Shown piece by piece: positions 12,694-24,950 of a stretch of DNA of 64,000 nt. The notes below the pieces were generated by a model. The model saw nothing but the letters and a program-made list of their open reading frames with translations, searched no databases and had not been told where the DNA came from. This DNA comes from Phoronis australis (Eukaryota > Animalia > Phoronida), in NCBI GenBank assembly GCA_002633005.1, contig NMRA01000030.1:1337801-1401800 (forward strand), written 5' to 3'. The translations under genes were made by a program, and so were the position numbers. The first letter of the stretch is position 1; each line of letters begins with the position of its first letter.

Positions 12694-15577
12694 TTAAGAA
12701 TGATTCTGAAAATTGGCATATAAGTCCCTACTGTGAAGAAAACGGGTAACGGTGATTTTCCGACATCTTTCACAGCTCTAGGATTTTTATTAAATTTAGG
12801 AATTGTATTAATATAAAGATGACAACGATGACAAGGACTTTCGGATGGATGCAATGAATTCTATGCCCCCTAGTGTCAGTAACTTTTTCTTTTTCATTTT
12901 CCTCTGTTTCTCTGAAGTTCCTTGACGGATTTTCATGAAATTTGGTAAATAACTTTATTAAAAAAACAATGACATGATCCCGTTTTCTGACGGATTCAAT
13001 GTATGTTGCGTCATCTAGTGCCAAATGTTTTTTATTATTTTTATTTGGCGACCTAAATTTCGCTGAGTATGTTGCTCTAACATCAAGATTTTTTTGTTTG
13101 CAATTTTTATCCGATCATCACGAAATTTACACGTAACATGTAGTTTCGGAAGTACTGGAAGCCTATTGTTTTCATCATAATCAGATCCAAGAAGGCAGAT
13201 ATGGCGGCCATTTTGTTTTTATTTTAAGCTTCAAATGCTTCTGGAGGCTACAATGCTTAACATACATGGCTGAAACTCGGCACACTTATTGGACCGCACG
13301 TGTGCTACAGGAAAAGTGGAAATGGTTCGCTTCTGGTTAAAGATGGCGAAATTATCGGCAATCACGCATGCACACCTCAATTTCGGAAATAAAAACGTTT
13401 TCTCCTGTAGAGGGCATATTATAGGGCCAATTCCTTTGAATTTTTGCAGGTATTAGTTTCTTATGACATGCTCTTATACAAAGCCAAAAAACCGAAAGTT
13501 GCTCTCAAGATGGCGGATCCGGTGCATGTTGACCTTTTTTCGGTCGTGCTGGGGTGCCATTTATACGGGAAAAGGAAATGACGTGAAGTTTTGCATGTGG
13601 ATTCTCTGAGCTATACTCTTTCAAATGAAGTAAATCAATTTTTTTTCTCAAACTTACCGTTTTCGGGTTATTTGACTTTAAATTTCCAAAAAACTCAAAA
13701 TTTTTTCGAAAAATTGACGGAATTTGGCGATACCATCAACTTCAATAGAGTTTTAAACAGGCTTTCAGAAGATGTCCATTTTTCGCAAGGACGTTTACGT
13801 TTTGAATTATTTGAGATTTTCTGATAGCGCTGTTCCTTTGTGAAGCGCCCTGACTGCATTGATGTTGAATTAGCTTCTATTGAACAAGACTGTAGCCTGT
13901 TTCTTGCTGATTTATGACATCTAAGTGCATCATATGATTGTTATGATTTGTTCAGGATCATCACCATCATCATCATATTCGTAATCTTTATCATCAACTC
14001 GGTCGTCGTCTTTTCAGTTAATTTTGACTGTAGTCCGTACTTAATGATTTCTGACCTCAACGTTCGTCTTGTGAATGTTATCATTACTTGTATTGTTCAT
14101 CATCTTCACCATCGTCGTCATCTTCGTCATCATCTCTATCGTTGTCTTTTCTGTTAATTTCGCCAAGTGTCGGAGCGTGTTCATTACAGTTATGTTGTTC
14201 TGTCTTCAAGTTTGTTTTTTTACTTGGCGGAATTTCTTTGAATTCCGACAAGTATGTTGCACTACTGTCAAGTTTGTTTTTTGTTTGTTCGCACTCTACA
14301 GGTCTCATTTTTTGTCCGATTTCCACAAAATTTTCACACAACTGGTAGTCCTGGAAATACTGGAAGCCTATTGCTTTTGGTCATGATCAGATCCAAGTTG
14401 GCGGACATGGCAGCCATTTTGTTTCCGATTTCTGATTCAGTTGCTCATAGAACCTGCAATTTTAGACGTATCGAGCTCACAATCAACACAAATACGAAAC
14501 TATACAGGTCCTCCAATTATGCTACAAATCATTCACTTCTGGTCAAAAATGGCGGAAATATTGGCAATCGCGCATGCGTACTTCGATTTCGGGAAAAAAC
14601 ATATTCTCCTGTAGAGGGCGCATTATATGACCAATTGCTTCGACATTTTTTACGTTGTAGTTTTTTGTAACTAGCTATTATTCTGTGTTAAAAAAACGAA
14701 AGTCATATCCAAGATGACGGATCTGGTGCATGTTGACCCATTTTCAGTCGTGCTGAGGCACCATTTTAATTGGAAGATAAAATGACGTGAATTTCTGCAT
14801 GTGGATTATTTGAGGTATACCCTTTCAAATGACCTGAAACAATTTTTTCTCGGACTTACCGTTTTCGAGTTAGTTGACTTTGAATTTCAAAAAAATGCAA
14901 AATTTCGTTTTCGACAAAATTTACGGAATTTGGCGATACCATCAATTTAGAGAACATTTTGAAAGGTCTTTCAGACGATGTTTTCCATTTTTGGTTGGAC
15001 CTTTACTTTCCGAATTATTTGAGATTTTGTGATAGCACTGTTCCTTTGTTGAGCGCTCTGGCTGCATTGGTGTTGTTTTAGCTCCTATTGAACAAGACGG
15101 TAGCCTATTTCTTGCTGATATATGACATCTAAGTGCGTCATATGAATGCTATGATGTTCAGCATCATCACTATCGTCATCATATTCGTCATCATCTCCGT
15201 CATCGTCTTTTCTGTTAATTTCGCCAAGTGTCGCTCAAGACTGTAGCCTATACTTACTGATGTCTGGGCTCTACGTTCGTCTTGTGAATGTTATCATTAC
15301 TTGTATTGCTCATCAGCGCTACCATCGTCGTCATATTCGTCATCTTAGTCGTCATCTCTATCGTCGTCTTTTCTGTTAATTTCGCCAAGTGTCGCTCCTC
15401 GGAGTGCCTTGGTCATGATCGGATCCAAGATGGCGGACATGGCGGCCATTTTGTTTCCGATTTCTGATTCAGCTGCTCATAGAACCCGTATTGGGCTCAA
15501 ACTCAGCACAAATATGAAGCAGTCCAGTTCCTCCAAATTCTCTAGAAACCAAAGAAAACAGCAATGGTTTTAAGTCG

Positions 15578-15621
15578 ACTTGACATGTTTCGATGTCATT
15601 TATTCAAACACCATCATCAGA
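15578..15621 (-). ncRNA. Second (inverted) hammerhead motif copy
   Basis: Reverse strand reads CTGATGAtggtgtttgaataaatgacatcGAAAcatGTCaag. The 5' arm of stem I is lost at the inversion junction. Confidence 0.55.
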
Positions 15622-16653
15622 TTGTATTGAGATGTACACTGGTCCTGACATGTCTATTTCTACCGAGGATATGTAGATGATGTGTTTTGTATATTTGAAA
15701 ATCAGCAGTCGGCCCAGGAATTTTTAGTGTATTTAAACTCGAGGCATCATAACTTGAAATTCAGTTTAGAATTAGAGGTAGACAACATTTTGCCATTTCT
15801 GGACGTATTAGTGGTCAGGAGTGTGAGGGTACCTCAGTGATAACATCAGTTTTTCATAAGAAGACCTACACAGGACTGTACACTTGTTTTCATAGCTTCA
15901 CATCCTTTGTTTATAAAGTAGGCCTCATTAAAACTCTAATAGACAGGGTATATCGCATTAACAACACTTGGGCTAGATTTGATTCTAATATTATAGAACT
16001 TACAACGAATTTGCAAAAGAATGGCTATCCCCCAGAATTAGTCAACAGGGTACTGAAAGCATAACTCCAACGTGACCCTGGTGATGTTCATTCTATAGAC
16101 AAAACTAACTACAAGTACTTTAAAATACGATATGTTGGGTTTTACGCCAAGATTGCTCAACGAAAACTCAACAACTTGGTGAATGATTATTGTGTGAATT
16201 TAAGAGTTGTATTTACATTCAAGTCTCCAATTTATTTAACGCTAAGGACAAAATTTCTATGGGTCTACGGTCCAGGGTAGTGTACAAATTTATCTTTGCT
16301 GGATGTGGCTCCAGAGTTTTATAGGCGAAACTGTTCGCCATTTGAAAACCAGGACCAAGGAACATCTAAATTCTGACAGAAGTTCACATGTAAATATTCA
16401 CCTACAGAGCTCCAATCATTGTTATCAGCAGTGCTCTTTCAATGACTTACAAATGATAGACTAGGTAGTAACAACAAAGGAGCTTAAAATTCCTGAGGCT
16501 CTACATGTAAGTTGGTGCAAGCCCAATCCCAATAGGCAAGTGGCACACCACAGGTTGTCATTGTTGGTCTAGTTCCTTGTCACTCCCTGTAACTGACTGC
16601 ATCTGTGCTTCATTACTTGTTGCTGGGCCTAGCTAAGTGGCCACTGCTTCTCT

Positions 16654-16698
16654 CTTCTGATGATGGTGTTTTAATAAATGACACCGAAACATGTCAAG
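16654..16698 (+). ncRNA. Minimal type I hammerhead ribozyme
   Basis: ctt-CTGATGA-t-ggtgt...acacc-GAAA-c-at-GTC-aag: intact core, stem II ggtgt/acacc, palindromic minimal stem III (ACATGT), GUC cleavage triplet, short stem I ctt/aag. Lies in the Penelope 3' end. Confidence 0.75.
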
Positions 16699-18479
16699 TC
16701 GACTTAAAACCATTGCTGGGTAATTGTTCACAATATGACGACATTGACCAGCACACATGATTTTGGTATCGTTCGATTCCTCACAACATTATCTTTCCAA
16801 AAATGTATGAATGTTTCCCCTACCGCGTTTCCTCTGTTTTTTATCCTCGAATTTTGTTTCGCACTATTTCCCGGTTGACACCGCCATGTTAGCTCAACTC
16901 AAAAACAACCTTCACTTTTTTCGCAGATTCTAAGCTAGCAGATGCGTACCAGGGTCGCCATAGGATCGAATTCGAACCCTTGGGACCGTAACTGGGGCAG
17001 GGGATAGGCGGGTCTCGGTCAGTTTGAACTTCTGCAAAGTGAAGATCTGCAGAAGACGCGGAAGATTAGTTCAGTTTTTGACCGCCAGAGGACTCCTTCC
17101 ATTCAACATGGCGGTAATACCACCGTGTACCGGGAAATAGTGGGAGAAGAAATTTCACGATAAAATACTAAGGGAATTAGGTAGGAANAATATGGGATGA
17201 TCCTGTACTGCATGGAGAATTGAACGGCTATTGAATTCCTATTGAATGGCTATTGAATATGCTAATGAATTGAATCAATTCATTTACATGGGAAAAACTT
17301 CAATTGAATTTCAATTGAATCTCAATTGAACCTCAATTGAGTTTCAATTCCTGTCCCAACTGAAAGTCCAGTGTACTTTTTTGTATGGGCAGTAGGATAC
17401 CAAAATCGTATGTATCAATGTCATCATATTGTAAACAATCACCCATTGCTGTTTTCTTTAATATATGTTGGTACTTGCTATAATGGAGATTCTAGAAATC
17501 ATTTACCAATTCCGGTCAAAAATGGCGATAATATCAGCAGTGGCGCATGCGCACCTCGATTTCGGGAAAAAAAAATTTTGTCTTGTAGAGGGCGCTTTAA
17601 AGGACCAGTTACTTTCAAATTTTGCAGGTATTAGTTTTTTGTCGCGGGCTATTATCCAATCCTAAAACCCGGAAGTTGATTCCAAGATGGCGGATCTGGT
17701 GCATGTTGACCCATTTTCAGTCGTGCCAGAGTGCCATTTTAAACGGGAAAAGAAAATGACCTCAATTTTTGCATGTGGATTCTCTGAGGTATACTCTTTT
17801 AAATGAACTCTGACAATTTTTTTCTCAGACTTACCTTTTTCAAGTTATTTGACTTTGAATTTCAAAAAAAACACAAAATTTCATTTTTTCTAAAAATTTA
17901 AAGAATTTTTCGATACAAGCAATTAAGATAGAGTTTTGAACGGGCTTTCAGAAGATGTTTTCCATTTTTCGCTAGGACGTCTACTTTTCGAATTATTTGA
18001 GATTTCGTGATAGTGCTGCTCCTTTGTTGAGCGCTCTTGCTGCATTGATGTTGGAAAGCCTCTATTGAACAAGACTCTAGCCAATTTCTTATTGATTTAA
18101 GACATGTAAGTTCGTCATATGAATGTTATGATGTTGTTCATCATCGCCACCACCATCATAATATTCGTCATCTTCGTCATCATCTCCGCCGTCGTCTTTT
18201 CAGTTCGCCAAGTGTCGCTCGACTGTAGCCTATTTCTTACCGATTCCCGACCTCTACATTTGTCGTATGGATGTTATTATTACTTGTATTGTTCATCATG
18301 GCCACCAACGTCGTCATATCCCTCATCTTCGCCATCATCGTCGTCTTATCTGTTAATTTTGCTCAAATTTTTGCTTAAGTTTCGCTCCTGGGAGCGCTTT
18401 CATTACGTGGCGAAATACAGGTGAATATACATTCTCACATTTACAAATTCACTGAACTTGATATTTGTGTAGTACCGAA

Positions 18480-19620
18480 CATATACTATTATATTCCATA
18501 CAAGTAGTGTTAACACAGTGTTTACAACCTAGTTATACTGTATCATTTCGCCATTTGAAGAGCCTAAGTCTTTAATAAATACAACCCCTTTTCAAACCAA
18601 TTGATATAAAAAATTCTTCTTACCCCGACCTTCGACTCGTCATTATACCACAAAGGCTGGTTAAAAAATCTGTTTAGTTTGTTATTTTTATTTTGCCTAT
18701 AAATAAGATGAGAGTTTCGAAAATTTCCTTCCAGAATTGATAATTATTTTCTAGTTTACGTTTTAGAAATTACCACCAAATTTAGCAAAATCTTGAATCT
18801 GGATGTATATCCAATATAACAAATGGGATGATTTTGAAACAATGGCTATATATTCAGTTGCCAGATTTAATAAAAAATAGCCTTACAAAAGTTAAAAATA
18901 TTGATCATTTTGACACCTCCTTTGTTATATCCAAGAACAGCACTTGTGCGTTTAATTTTATCGTTACGTCCTTTCCAAATAAAGTTAAAAAAATACAATT
19001 GAGTCCAGTCAAAATATATTAAGACCGACTTGGCAGGGCTATCATGAGGTTAATAATTTTCGACACAGCTGGAGATTTGATCACAGTAACCCTTCCAAAA
19101 GACGTGAGGTTTCGTCTTGACCAATGTCTCAGTTGGAGTTCTATCTCATAACATTTGCAACTAATTTTGATTAGGCATATCCTTTAGATCGACTTGAAAA
19201 TCAACTCCAAGAAAAGTAAATTAATTTTTGTCCATGATGGCTTTCTTTTGTAGTATTTTTTCTTGAATGTTGGCATTACTTACAAACCAAATGGCTTTTG
19301 TATTTTCAATATTTATGTGAACTCCAGAGAAATCTGTAATGTTTTCAAAGTAGACCGCAACGAATCACCAGATCCATCTAATGTAATGAACGTACACGTA
19401 TCATCTGTATGACTGAGAAATACAAAATCCCTTACTGCCCACTCCACCATTAATATTACTATCATGTCTGATCATGAGAGCCATCATCTCTGCACAAATA
19501 ATAAATAGATAGGGAGATAAATGGCCTAACTCCACATCGTATATTAAACCAGAGTGACGGTTGTCCACTATCTACATGTATAATACACGATGAAAACATT
19601 TATTATTTATGCACCAAAAT
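18480..19620 (-). mobile_element. Decayed Tx1/L1-clade LINE ORF2 fragment
   Basis: Minus-strand pieces LSPYLFIICAEMM (~19484-19519), SHTDDTCTF (YADD-like, ~19400), WSRRNLTSFGRVTVIKSPAVSKIINLMIALP (~19030-19123) and FIWKGRNDKIKR. Confidence 0.75.
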
Positions 19621-19939
19621 GCGATCTGTCTGGGACGACTTGAACTGATTTCATTTTACATGGCAAATCTGCATTGCCGGTTTTCAAACCTTTTGATTAT
19701 GAATGGTTTTAGATGTTTTGTTCATCGATTTCTATTCAGTGAATGGTTTTATTCTCTGGAAAATTTGTGGGTCATGCTGCCCATCATATCACAGTAAGGA
19801 TGTGTAGTTCAAACACCAAGTGACCCCTAGTTTAGGCATTTTGAAATTCATGTTCATAGGATTTTTTTTTTTTTTTTTTACAGAATTGGCCATTACTTGG
19901 TTATTGCGCAAACTTGTGTCACGTTTTAAACATTTTGCC

Positions 19940-20820
19940 ATCTGTCAGAGATTGACTGTGGGTTTTTTTAAAAGATAGCTATGCTTTGAGTCGAGATTGT
20001 GCGTAGGTGGATAGTGAATAATCAAATCCAGTAATTAAGCCCTAATTAGACAAGTGAAACCTGTTGTTAATTAAGTAATCAACTGCAAAGAAGAGCAACT
20101 ACGCTAGTGCCTTCTTTAAAGATTACTTCAATCAATCAACCAAATTAATCAAATGTCTTTATCTGCTATCCAAGCTAGGATTCTCCACTTTTTGGATAAC
20201 TGTCCTGTTGGTGAATCTTCGAACTACACACACTGTATTGCGACAGTGTACTTGCTGGTCACCGTCTCTGGTGATGCAACACTTGCAGGCAATTTCTTCT
20301 ACCAGCGATTCTTCTTGTTGGTCACAGTCTCTGGCTGGTGACGCAACACTTCAGGTAGTATCTTACACCCACGATGCAAGTGACAAGGTCTTAGTTAACT
20401 TCCTGTTCGTTAACCCTTGCCCTTGCTAAGATCCTTTCTAGAATCTTCCACGAGATGGCTCTGTCATACAATTTTCTCTGTACACTGTAGCAAGTCTTTA
20501 TGCTTCAACTACTGCAGCTCATATGAATTTCTTTTTGACTTAAGCCCATATTATAATATTCTACTTATTTAGTGATTGGTTTATAAAAACCACATGATCA
20601 TATCATTGGCTGTTACAGTTTGTTCTCAGAATTTTATAGAATCTCTAGAGTACTTTGACCCCAGAACCCAAGTTGTAAACATCATTTAAACATAGATTTT
20701 GATGTTAAAGTACATGTCAACAAGTTTGACCCCATGAATTAAAAGTACATGCACAAATTTTGGGCAACTTGAAATGGGTCTATTCTTACTAATTACTTAT
20801 TAATCAATATTTATTCTGAC
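19940..20820. repeat. Repeat with inverted counterparts at 22711-22883 and 30390-30797
   Basis: 20630-20820 is the reverse complement of 22711-22883; 19940-20410 is the reverse complement of 30390-30797. Confidence 0.75.
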
Positions 20821-20962
20821 ACCATCAAGGAATCAGAAGTTATATACATTCACGGGTTGAATTACTTAAAAAGTCATTTGATGACATTTGAAAGTACTTT
20901 TATTCCAGATTCATCTTCCGTTGTGTAACTGAAGTTTATATTGTGCACTGTTTTACCTTCAG

Positions 20963-21399
20963 ATATTACAATGGAGGAGTATGACATTCGCAAGCGGCTG
21001 CCTCGAAAATTACCCAAGAGGATGAACGATGTTTATGTTAGCAAGCTAACTAATTTCAACGCTCAGCTAGTGAGGTGCCAGCGTTTGCTCTATTCGCACT
21101 GGAATGAAGTTTACATCCATGGATTAGGCAGTGCAGTGAATGTTGCAATTAACCTTGCTTTGCACCTTCAGAGGAACTCGTTAGAACCTCTGGTGGTCTG
21201 TGCCCATACATCAACTGTTGAACTTGTAGATGAGTTGCAGCCTGTTGGCAATCATGGGGACTTGGATACCCAGGTTAGGAATAACTCAGCTGTACACATC
21301 AGAGTGTGTCGGACTAATCCTGTGTTGAATGGTGATTCACCATTGAGAAAGGAGACGCAAAACATGAAAGGAACTGGTGATCCTGCATTGAAAACTTGA
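20963..21399 (+). CDS. POP7: Ribonuclease P/MRP protein subunit p20 (Rpp20, Alba-like), main coding exon
   Basis: EYDIRKRLPRKLPKRMNDVYV..TNFNAQLVRCQRLL..EVYIHGLG.AVN.AINLAL.LQ...HTSTVELVDEL...RNNSAVHIRV matches Rpp20. Acceptor ttttaccttcag at 20962, in-frame ATG at 20971, stop at 21399. Confidence 0.95.
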
Positions 21400-23326
21400 A
21401 CATTGTCTATGTGTTCAGTGATATATACACCACATTCTCGACACAGCACTAACCGAAACAACGCAAATTGGGACCGCAGGACTATGTGTGTAAACAAAAA
21501 TTTACATGGAGCAAATTGGCATGGCAGGGTTAAATTGTGATCCAATTTTCAGATGGACTAAATTGTAACTACCGTTAATATCTTGGTCCATTTCAGTAGC
21601 ACTTCCAAATACCATGTATATGGGAGCTTACAGCGTTCGGGTTGTCAGTTCGTTCCTTATCAAAACATTATTGTGTTGATACTCTGTTTTGTAACTAGTA
21701 TTCTGGTTACTTGTTGGGAGTTCAATTAATAAATGCCTGACTATTTACGTTTGTTTTCATGATTTTAATAGTTTTGCTGATAGTCAATATGTAACGTAAC
21801 AGGGGTGTGGCAATTGCCCCTCCCCCCTCAAACGATTCGGGCAACATGAAAAATTCGGGCAAAACAAAAAAGATTCGGCAGCGCAGCAGACAATGTGAAA
21901 AGCATGTAGAAGTTGCATATATAGCGAAATACAAGGTGTTCCACCGAGTGATAGATTTTCAACTGGCAACTTGGCGACTGGTCACGTGGGACCGTATACC
22001 CGTGGTTTCTAGAGGACTAGGAGGAATTTTATAACTTGTTTGAAACTTTCCATGTAATCACATTCACTGTAAAAGAGTCTTTTCATGAAATCAAACTGCT
22101 CATCTATGCCTCACACTGCGAAGAGAACGAAACTCCTGGCTCAGCTAGGTGTCGATATGAGTCACTGGTACCACGTGATCACTACCCATTGTTTCCTGTA
22201 AGTCTCACATTGGCATTTCCAACTAATTAAGTCGCATTTTCGTAAATGTACCACAGCATCATGATTTGGAGCTCAAACAACCAAGCATGTGAGAAATAAC
22301 AGTCAGCGTTGACTCGCATTAGAGGAATGAAAGTTAAAGTAGGCAAAAGAGTATGAATTACACTGTGACAATAGCCGATAAATTGTGAATGAATTTTATA
22401 CAGGCTGAATTTCCGTAAAGTCGATCTTGTTCTTCTCCCAATGCTGGATCTAGGATGTGGGCGATGCAAATCATGTACCCCTCCCAACGGTCTGCGTATG
22501 GGTCACACTTCATGAAATTTATGTTTCGGTACATTAAATGTGGTGTAGGTCGATAAATTTCGGGCAAATACACGCCATTTGTTCGTCCCCAAAACAGCTA
22601 AGTCCATTACGCCTGTCTCCGCCATAGACAGACCATTCACATGGAATGTACCCTCCGTAGAGAAGCCGTCATTAAAATGTTCCCCCCCGTAGACAATCTC
22701 TTCGAAATTTGTCAGAATAAATATTGATTAAGTAATTAGTAAGGACAGATCCATTTTAATTTGCCCAAAATTTGTGCATATGTACTTTTAAATCACGGGG
22801 TCAAATTTGTTGACACGTATTTTAAATAGATGGTGTTTACAACTTTGGTTCTGGGGTAAAAGCACTAGAGATTCTAGAAATTTGTGAAAGATTCTAGTTT
22901 ATGCTTCACCTTTTTACTTTTATTATTAACAGTACAGGCCCGTAGCGGGGGTTTCGATGGAACCCCTCCCCCGCTGAAAAGGTCCACCCCCATCATATTC
23001 GTTAAAGATAGGATATGAATGGACAATAACAACAAAAAATGCCAAACATTATTTCGAGTTCTATTTCGAGTAAAAAGATTCGAGACTGGGCTCAGAACTC
23101 CGACAGTTCACTACTCTGATTGTGTGATCACTACTCATTTACAAGCAGACGACAACATCTGGGGCACGGCTGCGGCGACCAACGGCGGTTTCAAAGTTAA
23201 AGACCTGGTTGAAAAATGCCCTTTTGTTTCAGTATCCGAAAATACTTAATACATAAAATGTTATTTTCGACACCCTTTCTTTATATCCTTTTCACCTTTC
23301 TTGCCAAAAGCGATTTTTAACCGTAT

Positions 23327-24950
23327 TTGACACTTCTCTGTGAGCGTATAATTACCGGCTTTCATAGATTATTTCCGTACCCACAGTTTCGGCTCATCAG
23401 TTCAGGAACTTGTCCTGAACGCCGCCATTTTTTTCCTTGTAACTGAATGTGCTATCGCTTGCTCGAAAAGTATTCATTATTTTGTTTTATTAGTAATATC
23501 TCGTGATTAGTTTGCATATGTAGTGTATTTATAGTTTGTAGTTAGTGGTCGTTGAATTTTTTGGAATGTTACGCGTACTTATTATGTTAAAATAGCATTG
23601 GTGTTTAGTTCCTTACGTAGGCCGGTCGAACCTAGGAACGGCAATATGGGTTGAACCAATTTTTTTTCGTTTTGATTTTTTTTCTCGTTTTGAAAAAGTA
23701 CTTTGCTATCATCGGAAAGTTATTGCATTCTACTCGGAAAAAATCGAAAAAGTATCAAAATCGGGGCAAGCAGTGTAAAGATATTGCAATTTTTGTGGCG
23801 AAATTTGGGTCACTTTGATTGGATCGCGTCGGCCATGTTGGAGGACAGCGGGACAAGTTACGAGTTTAAAACTTTGTGTAAATTGTTTTCGCCAACAAAT
23901 TACGGTGAAATTTAGTTAGACATATCTTTACTTACTATTCTGCAGGATTCAACAGTGTTCACCAAATTTCAGCCTCGAAGTTGTTACTCATTAAGTGATA
24001 AATGTGCTTACAATTCCCGTTGGACTTCGTCTCATTTCTGGCGGCACCGACAACATGGCGACTTTTGCTGAACTGAAAAGCATGTTCAATCGGCTACTTT
24101 GTAATTTGTGGAAGATTTAATGTTGATACATTTTGACAAATGTTGCTTCAAAAAATGAACTTTGTTCAATTTTCGTGTTTTTATGCAAAAATATAAGATA
24201 TATTCGAATTATTTTACTGTGAATTTGACATTCAGGTGATCTTACACTAAGCTAACAATAGTTTAAATATTTTTGAAATGATTTTTTGTTTGACTGTCAA
24301 CTGCTGTTCAAGGCTTGATTCGGTGTCACAAAATGATTCACATTTTTCTAAATTTTAAGTCTCAATTGCTTTCAAGTCATGTTTTGTAACTTATTGCTTC
24401 TTAATTCAGGTTATCAGGATAACAATATGAATAATCTTAATTTGGGAAATAAGCTACATGTATGTTGGATTGTGAAGCTTCAAGCCTCCAATTCTTGCTC
24501 CTTGCAACTTCATATTTTTTTAATCATGCTTGTCAAATTCTGGTGTAAGGAAACACTATTCGGTCACCATGGTAATAGTTACATGTAAGTCCACTTTCAT
24601 AAACATGGAAACTTTTGCTGTTGCATGTGCGCACGCGGAGGGGGCTCGAACGAGCCCCCATTTGGCGAAGTGGGCAAAAGGTTCCGCCCCCGAGATACAA
24701 AAAGCCCGAGAAAATGGGACAAAAGTCATTAAAGAAGCGCAAACGCGCAATTTACAGTGTTGCTACCGTTTTTTTTAGTCCGCCCACTCTTTTTTTAGCA
24801 AAAGCCCCACATCGCCGGGAATTCCAGCGCCCCATATTGAAGGCTGGGTGCGTGCATGTGTTGAATAGTGTCTGTCTCAGTCAGAGAAGCACGAATTCCG
24901 AAAAAAGTATATAATAAGACAATATTCCACTAGAAGACAGGGAGTATCAA
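23327..24950. mobile_element. Putative non-autonomous DNA transposon
   Basis: Imperfect inverted ends ttgacacttctctgt / acagggagtatcaa; non-coding interior with repeated aacatggcg-type motifs. Confidence 0.3.

Larger units (their letters stand above)
5900..13025 (+). mobile_element. Outer HINE/Helentron-type repeat, fragmented by nested insertions
   Basis: Related ~150-bp units with ttcatgaaattt and cc(c/a)ctagtg motifs at 5900-6075, 8050-8173, 10652-10690 and 12698-13025. Confidence 0.5.
15559..16718 (+). mobile_element. 5'-truncated Penelope-like retroelement (RT C-terminus + GIY-YIG), pseudogenised
   Basis: Reads YRGYVDDVFCIF...LKFSLELEVDNILPFLDVLV, HKKTYTGLY...LIKTLIDR...LQKNGYP, then SRVVYKF..AGC...IGETVRHLKTRTKEH, with frameshifts and stops. 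63-bp inverted terminal copies at 15559-15621 and 16656-16718. Confidence 0.9.
13040..18420 (+). repeat. ~1.2-kb unit tandem/interspersed repeat (about 3 copies), interrupted by Penelope
   Basis: Landmarks recur at ~13175/14379/15411 (gatccaagatggcggacatggcggccattttg) and at ~13508/14711/17684 (aagatggcggatctggtgcatgttgacc). An inverted partial copy lies at 25085-25430. Confidence 0.75.

Noticed and set aside
13948-14670. Hydrophobic or Ser-rich ORFs (also 18119-18424)
   Set aside because: They derive from (CAT/CGT)n tracts of the 1.2-kb repeat, and frames are not conserved between copies.
23385-23405. Minus-strand CTGATGAgccGAAAc hammerhead-like core
   Set aside because: No room for stem II and no cleavage triplet or stem I after the core.
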